A DNA stretch of 64,000 bases from Octopus sinensis (GCF_006345805.1 NC_042998.1:166470001-166534000), one strand, 5' to 3'. Numbered from the stretch's first letter, positions 13,053 through 25,330 are shown. The notes: generated by a model from the letters alone, not told the origin. Program-made: numbers and translations.

Positions 13053-13053
<1 letters not shown>
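11773..13053 (-). mobile_element. Mariner (D,D34D) DNA transposon, near full length, defective
   Basis: TIR-like ends TTAGGTTGGCAACT and reverse complement TTGGGTCGGTAACTAAGTT, flanked by TA; about 1.28 kb; transposase remnant inside. Confidence 0.95.
11847..12881 (-). pseudogene. Mariner transposase pseudogene
   Basis: Motifs WVPHAL, TGDEKW, HDNARPH, HPPYSPDLSPTDFHLF and C-terminal GEYIID*; frameshifts and stops split it over several track ORFs. Confidence 0.95.
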
Positions 13054-13098
<45 letters not shown>

Positions 13099-13992
13099 AT
13101 GCACATATATATTTATGCATGCATCTATATCTGTATATATATAAACGAGTGTGTATAGTCTATTGAAACTGAATTTACATATCACCACTTGATCTTCATC
13201 TCATTGCGATCTGGTATGTGTCTGTGTGTGTGCAGAGAGAGAGAGAGAGAGAGAGAGAGCAAGACAGGCAGACAGACAGACAGACACATACATACATACA
13301 TACATACATACATACATACATACATACTACATACATACATACATACATAATTGCGTTGCATGTATGTAAGCGTATACGTACATATACTGAAGGAATTTGA
13401 ATCAAAATTCGTTCGTGAATGTTGTAAAACGGAAAAGTGGTTATTTAAAATGTATTGGGAGCTTTGTTTCCTTTCAATGGCTCGCCCTTGAGAACCAACA
13501 AATCCATTACTTTCAATTTGCCCTTACACTACAGCAATGCTAAAAATTCGTTTCTCTTCATTTTTTTTCTTAGATATATTTTTTTCTTCTCCGTATTTTT
13601 TCATTTATTTATTTATTTTTATTATATAAACATAATTCGTTACCATAGGATAAAATATTAGTTGCTGAAACACCAACGCAGAAATCTGCTGGAGCAGGGA
13701 TGGAAGAACCTATAGAAGAATCTAAAGAATTTGTTGTGATGAGGTATGGAATGGGTAAACACACATACATGCACACACACACACACACGCACACACATAT
13801 TTGAATATGTGGAGAAAGTGAACGAGAGAAGGAAAAAATGTTAAAAATGTTCCACACAAGTTCGAAAATATAGAAAAGTATTAAGAAAAAAGATTGCAAG
13901 GAATTAATTCCGAAGTATATTATTTCAGTCGAATCATTTCAAAATACCTCATTGAACTTTTCAAAGTCTGTAATTACAAGAAACACCACCAT

Positions 13993-14032
<40 letters not shown>

Positions 14033-14192
14033 TATATATATATATATAATAAATTAATAATAATAATAAATAATAATAATAATAAAATAATAATAATAAT
14101 AAAAAAATTAATAAATAAATAAAACACATGCATATATACATACATATATGTACGTACCTACATCTACATGTATAATACAAACATATATGGGT

Positions 14193-14472
14193 ACAGGACA
14201 CCAAAAAAACGTCGAACACAATGAGAAACGAAAACATAAAACAAAAAACAAGGAAATGGACATTTTTCTTAAACAACGAAAAAATAGAGTACAAGACATA
14301 CAACACAAGGAAAACGCGGAGTAGATGAAACAGAGGCGACTGAAGAAGGGAAATTTTCCGTGCGTTGTATGTCCTGTACTCTATTTTTTCATTGTTTAAG
14401 AAAAATGTCCATTTCCTTGCTTTTGTGTTTATGTTTTCGTTTCTCATTGTGTTCGGATAGTTGGTGCCCTGC
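14193..14472. repeat. Imperfect inverted repeat, about 120-bp arms with a 39-nt loop
   Basis: 14193-14314 pairs with 14354-14472 (ACACAATGAGAAACGAAAACATAAA... / ...TTTATGTTTTCGTTTCTCATTGTGT). Confidence 0.9.
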
Positions 14473-14839
14473 TTTGTCTCCAGTAAAACGAGATAGTTAG
14501 AGGTATGTACAAAAATTGTATGCACACATATAACCCAGGTAATTTTCATAAATGAAATTAAATTCAACTACTTCTCTGTAGATTGACAAAAATGATGAAC
14601 AGCCTTAATCGATTTTCCAAAATTATTGATTTCTTACCAGAAGTGTCTATATCACATGACAAAGTCCAGAGGAGCAAATAGCCAATCTCCAGATATCCAA
14701 TCCAGTAGCTTCAGGGAAATGGAACTACTCATTTGCATACTACAAGTATTTACCACTCTATTTGATGTAAGCGGCCTGTCAACGGGATCTGGCATCACAG
14801 TATTAACGTATAATGTATATGTAAACATACGTAAACATA

Positions 14840-15015
14840 GGCTCAGGCATAGATGCGCGGTAAGAAGTTTGTTTCCCAACCACATAGTTCCGAGTTCATT
14901 CTCATTACGTGGCACCTTGGACAAATGTCTTTTGCTATAACCTCGAGCCGGCCAAAACCTTGTAAGTGGATTTGGAAGACGGAAACGGAAAGAAGCTCGT
15001 AATATATGCGCGCGC

Positions 15016-15077
<62 letters not shown>

Positions 15078-15268
15078 ATGTGCGCGCGCGTGTATCTTCG
15101 TGTCTGCGTTTGCCCGCCTCCCTACCGCTTGACAACCGGTGTTTGTGTATTTATGTCCCTGTGATTTAGCGGTTCAGCAAAAGAGACCGATAGTATAAGT
15201 ACCAGTCTTTAAAAAAGAATGCTCCGGCATGGCCGCGGTCTAATGTTCGAAACAAGTAAAAGATAAAG
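14840..15268 (+). mobile_element. Family C SINE
   Basis: Same head, CORE-like block and tail as 9201-9752. Confidence 0.8.
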
Positions 15269-15741
15269 ACAAGCAATACAGATTCGTAGTAGGCATACAA
15301 ACATGGCTAATTTAACTATTTCTCTGTAAATGGAAAAATTATAAACAGCCTTAATGTGTTCAAGCAGTAGTTCCAAAAAATAGAGCGGTACTGCCCCCTT
15401 GGGGACGGTGGAAAGATCCAGGAGGTGTTGAAGTAAAGTGGAGCAATAATGGAGTAGGCAAAAAGGGGGTGATGGGTGTAACTCCCCCCATTAATAATGG
15501 GTTAATTATCTTTTTTCTTTTATATTTTACTTGTTTCAGTTACTAGACTGCGGCTATGCTGGGGCTCTGCCTTGAATTTTCAGTCGAATGAACCGACCAC
15601 AGTACACCTTTTTCAAAGCCTGGTACTTATTCTGTTGTCGAACCGCTACGTTATGAGAACGTAAACACACTAACACCGCTTGTCAAGCGATGGTAGGTGG
15701 ACAAACGCAGACACAAAGAAACACACACACACACACACACA

Positions 15742-15786
<45 letters not shown>

Positions 15787-15815
15787 CATACATATATAAT
15801 ATATAGTTTTTTATA

Positions 15816-16268
15816 GGCGTAGGAGTGGCTGTGTGGTAAGTAGCTTACTTACGAACCACATGTTCCGGGTTCAGCCCCACTGCGTGGTACCTTGGGCAAG
15901 TGTCTTCTACTATAGCCTCGGGCCGACCAAAGCCTTGTAAGTGGATTTGGCTAACGGAAAACTGAAAGAAGCCCGTGTATATATGGTGTATATATATATA
16001 TATATATATATACATATTATATATGTATATATATGTGTGTGTGTATGGGTGCTTGTCTATGTTGGCGCGTGTCTGTGATTGTCCCCCCCACTTCAATATC
16101 GCTCGTGTGTTTAAGTCCTCGTAACTTAGCGGTTCGGCAGACGAGACCGATGGAATAAGTACTAGGCTTACAAAGAATAAGTTCCTGGGGGTCGATTTGC
16201 TCGACTAAAGGCGGTGCTCCAGCATGGCTACTGTCAAATGACTGAAACAAGGAAAAAAGTAAAAGAGT
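15816..16268 (+). mobile_element. Family C SINE
   Basis: GGCGTAGGAGTGGCTGTGTGGTAAG head; GTACCTTGGGCAAGTGTCTTCTACTATAGCC block. Confidence 0.85.
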
Positions 16269-16284
16269 ATATATATATATATAC

Positions 16285-16440
16285 GACGGCCTTCTTTCAG
16301 TCTACCATATCCACTCACAAGGCTTTGGTCGGCTCGAGGCTATAGTAGAAAACACATGGCCAAGGCACCATGCAGTGGGATTGAACCCAGAATGATGTGA
16401 TTGGCAAGCAAGCTTCTTACCACAACAGCCATGTCTGCAC
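16285..16440 (-). mobile_element. Family C SINE, 5' part only
   Basis: Diverged reverse complement of 15816-15975. Confidence 0.75.
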
Positions 16441-17194
16441 GTAGATGTTATCCAACCATAGGCCTCCTGTTGGTTGGCTCAGCTTTCTTTTATTAGATGG
16501 GCCGAGCCTTTGTCGTTGTAATTACGATACTCACTAACTTCACTAAAGCTAATATTGGGCAACTAAAAAAGATAATCAACCTTGTCTACTCCATCAACGT
16601 CGATTGTTCTGGCAGAAATATAAACTATGTAAATATATTTATTATTAAATATAAATGTGTCCGCGTATGTTTTAGCATGTGTGGGAAGACGGAAACTACA
16701 TAGAGAAAAGGGTGAATGATAGAGAGGGGCGGAGATAGAGATTGACAAAAGACAGATGGACATACCGTGTATAAACTTGTAGACGTACACATATTCAAAT
16801 TGTCTCCCTCAAACGCATATTGCACACGCACGCGCGCACACACACAAACACGTACATACAAAATACTCGTATATAAGCATCCACATATACATGTCCTTTT
16901 ACGTTCGTGTATATATGTGTGCGTGTGTACGTGTACGTGTGTGTGTGTGTGTATGTGTAGGTATCTAATCGTGCATACGATTTCGATGACATCTAATCAA
17001 GCACTCCCATACGTGTGTGTATGTATTATGTATTTGGTATAGATATATATATTTAAGTTACATGATACATACATCAATAGGTATGTATGCATATATATAT
17101 ATATATGATAGACATGACATGAGACAGACATGCGCGCGTGTACCCAGACACACACACACACACACCCCACACACATTTATATATATATATATAT

Positions 17195-17239
<45 letters not shown>

Positions 17240-17875
17240 CGCAGACATTCACACACACAAGCACACACACACACACGCATGCACGTACACACACATATAC
17301 ATACATGCGTGCGCGCCCGAATATTCACGTGATTGTGGACAAGTTGACATTTTCATGCTAGATTTGAGGTCTGATGTAGATAATTAGAGTCTGGAGCAGA
17401 AAAAAAAAAAAGAAGGGAGGGGGAAGTTTCCCTGATATCATATGAAGACTGAAGTAAATATGTCATGAGGTTAATGAAGTGATTCAAATACTGTAGTTTC
17501 ATCTTTTTTGTTCCATTTCATCGTATTGTTTCGTTTCATCTTGTGTGGCCATTTGCAAGTTTCGCTTTTCTGTGTGTGCATGCGCGATTGTATATCTGTG
17601 TGTATATGTGTGTATGAGTGTCTGTGTGTGTGTGTGTGTGTGCGTGTGCTGTGTGTGTGTGTGTGTGTGGTGTGTGTGTGTGTGTGTGTGTGCGTACGTT
17701 TTAGTATTAATAGAAACACTGAGACAATACGGAGTCTTTCGTGATTTATATTTCGAATCACCCCGTATTTATGAAATGACAAGCTCCCAGACATATACTC
17801 TCTAGCCTTTACATGAGTATGTATGTATGTAGTATGTATGTATGTATGTATGTATGTATGTATGTATGTATGTGT

Positions 17876-18187
17876 GAGGGCGCGTGGATTAGTGGTTAGG
17901 GCATTCGGCTCACTCATGATCGTAAGGTGTGAGTTCGATTCCGGCGACGCGTTGTATCCTTGAGCAAGACACTTTATTTCACGTTGCTCCAGTCAACTTA
18001 GCTGGCAAAAATGAGTTGTAGTTGTATTTCAAAGGGTCAGCCTTGTCACCTCTGTGTCACGCTGATTATCCCCGAGAACTACGTTAAGGGTACCAGTGTC
18101 TGTGGAATGCTCAGCCATTTGCACGTGTTAATTTCACGAGCAAGCTGTTCGTTAATCGCATCAGCTGGGAACCTCGTCGTCGGTAAG
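17876..18187 (+). mobile_element. Chimeric SINE: family D head with family A tail
   Basis: Head and CTTGAGCAAGACACTTTATTTCACGTTGCTCC block as in family D; tail CCCCGAGAACTACGTTAAGGG...CCTCGTCGTC as in family A. Confidence 0.8.
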
Positions 18188-18397
18188 TATGCGGTATGTA
18201 TGTAGTCGTATTATGTATGTATGTATGTATGTATGTATGTATGTATGTATGTATGTATGTATGTATGTGTATGTATGGTATGTATGCATGTAGATGTATG
18301 TATGTATTTGTATGCTTGGGTTGAAGATCAGGGCAGCTGAAAATATTTTAATCAACTATCTCCTGTCTCAAGAGAAGGTAGTGCCTTACAGATAATT

Positions 18398-18799
18398 CTT
18401 TTCTACTCAAGGCACAAGGCTTGAAACTTTGTGGGAGAAGCCTTGTCGATTAGATCGACCCCAGAAACGCAACTGGTACTTAATTTATAGATGCCCGAAA
18501 GGATGAAAGGCTAAAGTCGACCCGCCGGCGGAATTTGAATTCAGAACGTAAAGACAGACGAAATATCTATTTCTTTACTACCCACAAAGGGCTAAACACA
18601 GAGAGGACAAACAAGGACAGACAAACGGATTAAGTCGATTATATCGACCCCAGAGCGTAACTGGTACTTATTTAATCGACCCCGAAAGGATGAAAGGCAA
18701 AGTTGACCTCGGCGGAAATTGAACTCAGAACGTAGCGGCAGACGAAATACGGCTACGCGTTTCGCCCGGCGTGCTAACGATTCTGCCAGTTCGCCGCCT
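18398..18799 (-). mobile_element. Family B SINE dimer with 19-bp target site duplication
   Basis: TAGTGCCTTACAGATAATT (18379-18397) and TAGTGCCTTGCAGATAATT (18800-18818) flank two tandem body units. Confidence 0.9.
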
Positions 18800-19362
18800 T
18801 AGTGCCTTGCAGATAATTATGAACGGTCGTTGATTATGTAGATGGTATCTTCGAAACTTTCGTATCACAACTGACATTTTCTAATACAGTGTGGTTGTCT
18901 GGAGGTATCTTTATCTCTTTAATTGATCAGGCATTTAATCAGCCATTCATTTTCCTTGAATAGTAAATGTGTGCTCTTCTTGGTGAAATGCGATATATCT
19001 ATCACAGCTTTATGAGAGACTACTCTCCCTATAGTTATTGTTCATATCCCCTAGCTTGCGCAAAATGTACCCTCGCATAACCTTACACATATTTGATGAG
19101 TATTCCTCGTCTAAAGTATCTGGTAAAATAAACTAATCTTGCTACCATTGGGTCACACTGAACATTAGTATCCTCAGAGTACCTATTCAGGGTTTCTTCA
19201 TCAACTCACAGATATGTTGTTTTTATTTATCTATTTATTTATTTTGCTGTTGTGTACATAAGTGATGTAATTCTTTTTATCTTTACTGTTCAGTAAAAGT
19301 TGTTTGTTGCGATTCGACATTTAAAGACTGTTTGGAAGATTCAATTCTATTCCCCTCCCTCC

Positions 19363-19402
<40 letters not shown>

Positions 19403-19403
<1 letters not shown>

Positions 19404-19728
19404 AGACTCCCTTCGGTCATGACTGACCATGGAATTGCACCTAGAAAGTTACCCTCCCAGGCGCAAGTCCGGGCAAGTTTGTTTATGGAAGACCAGCAGT
19501 CGCCCATGCATACCAGCCTTCCCTCTCTACGCCACCGATGTTATCCAAGGGAAAGGCAAAGGCCGATACAGCTTGGCACCTGTGACGTCGCAACTCATTT
19601 CTGCAGATGAATGAACTGGAGCAATGTGAAATAAAGTGCCTTGCTCAAGAACACAACCCGCAGCCCGGTCCGGGATTCGAGCTCACAACCTGACAATTGT
19701 AAGCTCGACGCTCTAACAACTGAGCCAT
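19403..19728 (-). mobile_element. SINE with D-type central block and a distinct, possibly RTE-derived tail
   Basis: tRNA-like head ATGGCTCAGTTGTTAGAGCG...GCTCGAATCCCGG; tail ends CCATGGTCAGTCATGACCGAAGGGAGTCTC next to (TA)n. Confidence 0.75.
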
Positions 19729-19837
19729 ATATATATAAGTGAATTCCAAATATAAAAAATCCCAGAATTAGACGTACTGGAGACAAACACAGAAAATGCA
19801 AAGTGTATGAAAATCTGCTGCCTTAAATATTACTGGT

Positions 19838-20040
19838 AAATGGCATGAAAACCTCTCAAGGGCAAATATCGAAAGAGAGCTAATAATGCCAATGTTGACG
19901 AAACTATTACACATCAATGGTTAGTGTCTTCTGACTTAAAATCATAGCAACCCAAGATCAATGCCTACCTACAAGAAGCTATCAGGCCAACATCTTAAAG
20001 AACGGCAGTAGCCCAACATGTCTATGTAAACAACAAAATA
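19838..20040 (+). pseudogene. R4/Dong-like (RLE-type) LINE fragment
   Basis: Frameshifted translation KWHE..PLKGKYRKRANNANVDETITHQWLVSSDLKS..IATQDQCLPTRSYQANILKNGSSPTCLC resembles the post-RT W-x-K-x-L-x-G / QDQ-x-L-x-TR / CCHC region. Confidence 0.75.
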
Positions 20041-20461
20041 AACACACAAAAGAAGAAAGAGAATTCAAGCCTCAACAGTATTCCTCACTGGGGCAGTTGA
20101 GGAAAGCACAAATTTGTTTTTAACCATAACTACCAAAGGCAAGTTCCTTCTCCCAGCTATATTCTCTGAACCACAGGTGCGTGCTGAGAGTAAGCCAATA
20201 CCTACAAGTCATACCTGCCGTTCTCATTTACCTTTCAGTAATTTTACTGGAGAGTTTGACCACATCTATAACTATACTTTTCTTTCCAAATATTACACGA
20301 ACGTGCCTTTATGATCGCAAGTAGATTGTAGGGTTTTAGAAAGAGGAAACTCACTAGAACTGTGGTTCTCAACCGGTGTTCATATGGCCCTTGGGAGGAG
20401 GAGGGATCATATGAGCGGTTGTACATTGCATGTTGCTGAATACTTTAAATACTTTGGTGGT

Positions 20462-20975
20462 TAGGTGAGCAGTTCGGAAGCAGACATCAGGATCAAGACG
20501 GCACAAGCATGGTCAGCTTGCCACACACTGAAGAAGATCTGGAACTCCAAATTGCCCAGGCAAATCAAAATCAGTGTCACTATATGGCAGTAAAACATGG
20601 AGACTGATAAAGAAATTATCAAACGGACTATATGGATGCTACACAAGGATGGCACGAATGGCCTAAATGGAAAATGGCAGCAACATATGACAAATGAATG
20701 CCTTTATGGAAACCTGCCGAAAGTTAGCGAGAAGATCAGGCAAAGATGGCCGCGTAAGTCGCCCTGTACTGGAAGCATCGAAATTAGACTTGTGGAACTC
20801 ACTTCATAGTGATGTTTGCAGAGGAATTCATTGTCACACTTACATCGACAACTTGCTTGTAGACACTAGCCTGGAATGTATTCAGGACCTCGAAGCACTG
20901 ATGATGGGCCGAGAAGTGTGACTGGTAGACTGTGCTGCTGCGGTCCGAGTTGGTGCCCGGCCATAATAATAATAA
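20462..20975 (+). pseudogene. RTE-clade LINE 3' fragment with (TAA)n tail
   Basis: Translation DIRIKTAQAWSACHTLKKIWNSKLPRQIKI..LYGSKTW..GCYTRM..WQQHMTNECLYGNLPKVSEKIRQR; ends in TAATAATAATAA. Confidence 0.85.
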
Positions 20976-21104
20976 ATGGCAGTCTTATAAGATTTTGTTG
21001 TTAAAATATATACGCAATAAATTGCTTGCAATTCCTAATAATATTTAGTTATAAAAATCCTAGAATTGATTATATATATATATATATACATCGAATGGCC
21101 ATGG

Positions 21105-21205
21105 CGGTCCAGTGGAATCACAAGGGTCCACAGGCACAAGGTCACAAGGGTCACAAGGGTCACAAGGGTCACAAGGGTCCAGTGGAATCACAAGGGTCCA
21201 CAAGC
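21105..21205. repeat. 9-bp minisatellite (CACAAGGGT)n next to a hAT-like terminus
   Basis: Tandem CACAAGGGT units bracketed by a duplicated GGTCCAGTGGAATCACAAGGGTCCACA; GGTTGCGAACCACTG at about 21211-21225 resembles hAT/Charlie CAGTGGTTC ends. Confidence 0.8.
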
Positions 21206-22853
21206 AAAAAATGGTTGCGAACCACTGCACTAAAACTTATGTGTACAGCTATACATCATGTGGTATATAGTCTATTTGACAAGCATGTCACGGAAACAGA
21301 GTAGCCAATCCTAAGTGGTACAGTCACGGGAATTTTACAGTCATATGACTGTTTCTGAATTTTATCATCATCGGAATCACTATATGTCTCTAATGGGCAA
21401 ACTGATCCAGCCTGTTTCAAAGTAAACACCACCCAAAAGATTTTAGCGTTAAGATTTTTATTCATCCAGTTAAGAAATAATGTTGAACTTCTCAAGCATG
21501 TAAAACAAATCGAAAAAATGTATAGGGTGTATAACTTGATCTGAGTATGTATGCATGTGATATCAATATTGTATATGTATATGTGCATGTGTGGATAATT
21601 TTATCCAAATAAGTAAACAGATACGGAATATTGGGTTTCACATGCGCTATTTTGTGCATATGTGGTATTTGTTTGCGTTTATAAGTATATGCATGTGTAT
21701 GTGCACATGTGTGTATACATGTATGTATCTATCAATATCTATATATATATGTGTGTTCATACGTACTATATAGGTGTGTGGTTAAAAATGTCTTGCAACT
21801 ACGTTGTACTGTTGTATCCAAGTGTGTGTAAGTGTTTGTGGGTGTGTGTGTGAACGTGTGTGTGTGTGTGTGTTTGTGTGCGTGTGTATGTATGTGTGTG
21901 TGAGTATGTGTGTGTGTGTGTGTGTTTGTGTGTGCATATGTATGTGTGTGTGTGAGTGTGTGTGAGTGTGTGTGTGCTTGCGTCTCTGAGTTTCATTTGG
22001 CAGATCCGTCCGTGCGTTAAACACAATGTGTCACAGTATTTATTCCACCATTTTGCGCCTTAAGTTCATATTTGTCTTAGCTTAGTGTTGGTACCACCTC
22101 TCTCTCTCTCTAACTCTCTCTCTCTCTCGCTTTTTCTCTTTCCTTCTCATTTTCACATGCTAGATGTTCCACGGATTCAGATTGAGAAGACTGTTTGAGT
22201 CTGCTTGCGTTACAAATGCATAGTATCAACATTGATTAGAGAAAGCCTAGAAGACTTACAAATAAATTATATATCCATCTAGCCATACATATACATACAT
22301 ACATACATATGTGTGTATATGTGTTTGTGTGTGTGTGTGTGTGTGCTTGTGTGTGTGTGCTTGTGTGTGTGTGTGTGGTGTGTGTCTGTATGTGTGTGTG
22401 TGTGTGCGTGCAGGTGCGTGAGTGTGTACTTATAAGCTTGCTTCCCGACCACATGGTTCCATGATCAGTCTCTCTGCGTAGCACCTTCGCAAAGAATCTT
22501 CTACTATAGCCTCGAGACGACCAAAGTGTGGTAATTGAATTTGGTAGACGGAAACTGAAAGAAGCCCGTAGTATACATACATACATACATACATATATAT
22601 ATATTATATAGAAGGCATTACTATACATAAATGCCACACGCTAGGAGGGACACTTAAAGTCAAAACTACCAAAATAAATAAACGCATAGTATCGAATGCG
22701 AGGGAATGCAACTCTCGAAACGAGTCTTTTAAAAACAGAATTCAGCTGCAAATCACATGATTTCATAATTAGTGCACTTTTTAATCGTCAGTGCAAGTTT
22801 TCACGCTAAGTACTTAATAAATTCTTATAAAGATTTTGTCCTATTTTAAAATC

Positions 22854-22940
<87 letters not shown>

Positions 22941-22941
<1 letters not shown>

Positions 22942-23243
22942 CATGGCTGTGCAGTAAGAAGCTTGCTTCCTAGCCACATAGTACCCGGTCCGATCCCACT
23001 GAAAGAAGCCCGTCGTATGTGTGTGTGTGTGTGTGTTTGTGTTTGTCCCTCCTCCACTGCTTGACAACCGGTCTTGGTGTTTTTACGTCCCCGTGACTTA
23101 GCGCTTCGGCAAAAGAGACCGATAAAGTACCAACCTTTATAAGAAATAAAGTACTGGGTCGATTCATTCGACTAAAAAATTCTTAAGGCAGTGCCCCAGC
23201 ATGGCCACAGTCTAATGACTGAAACAAGTAAAGAATAAAAGAT
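22941..23243 (+). mobile_element. Family C SINE, internally deleted
   Basis: Head and tail match the other family C copies. Confidence 0.8.
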
Positions 23244-23530
23244 AAATATGTATGTTTATAGGTATGTATATACTCTAATTTAATACCAGTTGTTTGCTTG
23301 CTTTTACTTTTACTCTGTTATACAGGTACCTACTCAATTGAAAATCCGCAATAGCCAATTGTCATTAGGGCAGATTAACTTACCTGCTTCATTTGGTGTT
23401 GAAGTTGGAGTTTTATGTAGTGAGTCAACCTGAACACTAATCGTATGTACCTATTACCTTTCGTTAGTAGAGTAATATTATCTGAATTCGTATATACTTG
23501 GGTGTGTGTGAGTATAAGTGTATATGTCTG

Positions 23531-23627
<97 letters not shown>

Positions 23628-23628
23628 C

Positions 23629-23662
<34 letters not shown>

Positions 23663-23664
23663 GT

Positions 23665-23915
23665 GGAGGCGCGTGGGTTAGTGGTTAGGGTGTCAGCATC
23701 ATGATCATAAGATTGCGTTTTCGATTTCTAGATCGGGCGACGCGTTGTGTTCTTGAGCAAAACACCTCATTTCACGTTGCTCCAATCCACTCAGCTGGCA
23801 AAAATGAGTAACACTGAGATGGACCGGCGTCCCGTCTAGCTGGGGTACACATACTCCATTGAAACCGGGAAACCGGACCCATTAGCCTGGCTAGGCTTTA
23901 AAAGGGCTCATTTAT
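23665..23915 (+). mobile_element. tRNA-derived SINE, family D
   Basis: GGAGGCGCGTGG-TTAGTGGTTAGGG head; CTTGAGCAAAACACCTCATTTCACGTTGCTCC block; GATGGAC-GGCGTCCCGTC motif (V-domain-like, from recall). Confidence 0.85.
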
Positions 23916-24549
23916 TTTATTCATATATATATATATATATAAATATATATATTCATACACACACACACACATATACACGAACAGATACATTGATTCATAC
24001 ACATAATATACATTATCTATACACGCACATTCACACACAAACATGTAGACTGGTGTGGGAAATATGTGTGTGTGTGTGTGTGTATGTGTGTGTGTGTACA
24101 TGCGTGCGTGTGGTTGAGTGTGCTCGCGCGTGCGTGAAAGTAAAGTAAATGGATCTCCGACGATGTCAACAATGAATATTCAGTTGTTTGATCAACTAAT
24201 CTGCGGGTCGTTGAATCAGCGTTAAGTAGCTGAGCATTTACGAAACATGCGCAACGTCAGCATAATTCTTAAACAGAATTAGCATTACTGAATGACCACA
24301 CTTGACATTTAAATTACATGTACAATCTGTTCGATAGGATCTTCCACAATTTTCACCCACCCAGTTTTATTCACAAGTTAGGGTTTACCCAAAGTTATAC
24401 CTACGAAAAATGTTCAAGGTACCACGCAGCGAGACTGAAAGAGGTATTTTTTGATTGGGAGACTAACGTTTAAATAAATCATACTTACTGCGTCCATATG
24501 TACATATGCATAAAAATGTCCATATGTCTATAAAACATAGATGTACCTA

Positions 24550-24581
<32 letters not shown>

Positions 24582-24789
24582 CATACATACATACATACAT
24601 ACATACATACATACATAAATGCACACATACATACATAGAGGCATGCATGCATACATACATACATATATACATACATACGTACGTGTGTGCGTACGTACAT
24701 ACGCACGTACTTAAGTGCGTGCGTACGCTCAGTGTTACTGGAGACTTCAATACAAAGAGGAAAATGTAGGCAGGCTATATTTCCCACGC

Positions 24790-25330
24790 AAGGATGCTGG
24801 CAGTAGTGTTAAATCTTTGTTGATGTCATTTGAAACACGTATTGTGACACTGTAGCAACATCTGCAGCAGAGGAAATAGGCTTGTAAGAATGAAGCCCAA
24901 GTTTTCAACTATAAAATCATCAGCATAATTAGGATGGCTAATGAACTTGAGAAGAAACATGAAATAAGAACCCCTGCAGATTTTCCAATGAGCATTGTTA
25001 AATCTTATTTATCAAAAGAACAAAATTTTAAAAAAGCTAGTGCATGGGTACTTGACATGAAAGATGCAAGCCATAAAAAGAACAAATATTAAAATCTTGG
25101 TATGGAGTAACAACGAGTTTTTGACATCCCATTTCGAAGGCTACCTCCATGCAATTCAAGAACGAGAGATCCTCACCAAGTACTTACATCGTAAGAGGCA
25201 GAAAACACTGGTAGACAACAAATGGCGGCTGTGATAAATTAAGATTAAAGACATTATCCACATTATTGCCAACTGTAGAAGAATATTTTCTAATTATGAG
25301 ACATGATTCGATGACAAGAACAGTCTGTTG
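24790..25330 (+). pseudogene. Degraded R4/NeSL-like LINE fragment
   Basis: Translation SWYGVTTSFLTSHFEGYLHAIQEREILTKYLHRKRQ..DNKWRL..KDIIHIIANC..RHD resembles the zinc-knuckle region of RLE-type LINEs. Confidence 0.65.

Noticed and set aside
11773-13053. Possible Fanzor/TnpB cargo in the mariner
   Set aside because: The 1.28-kb element is fully accounted for by TIRs, UTRs and transposase; no RuvC-like ORF is seen
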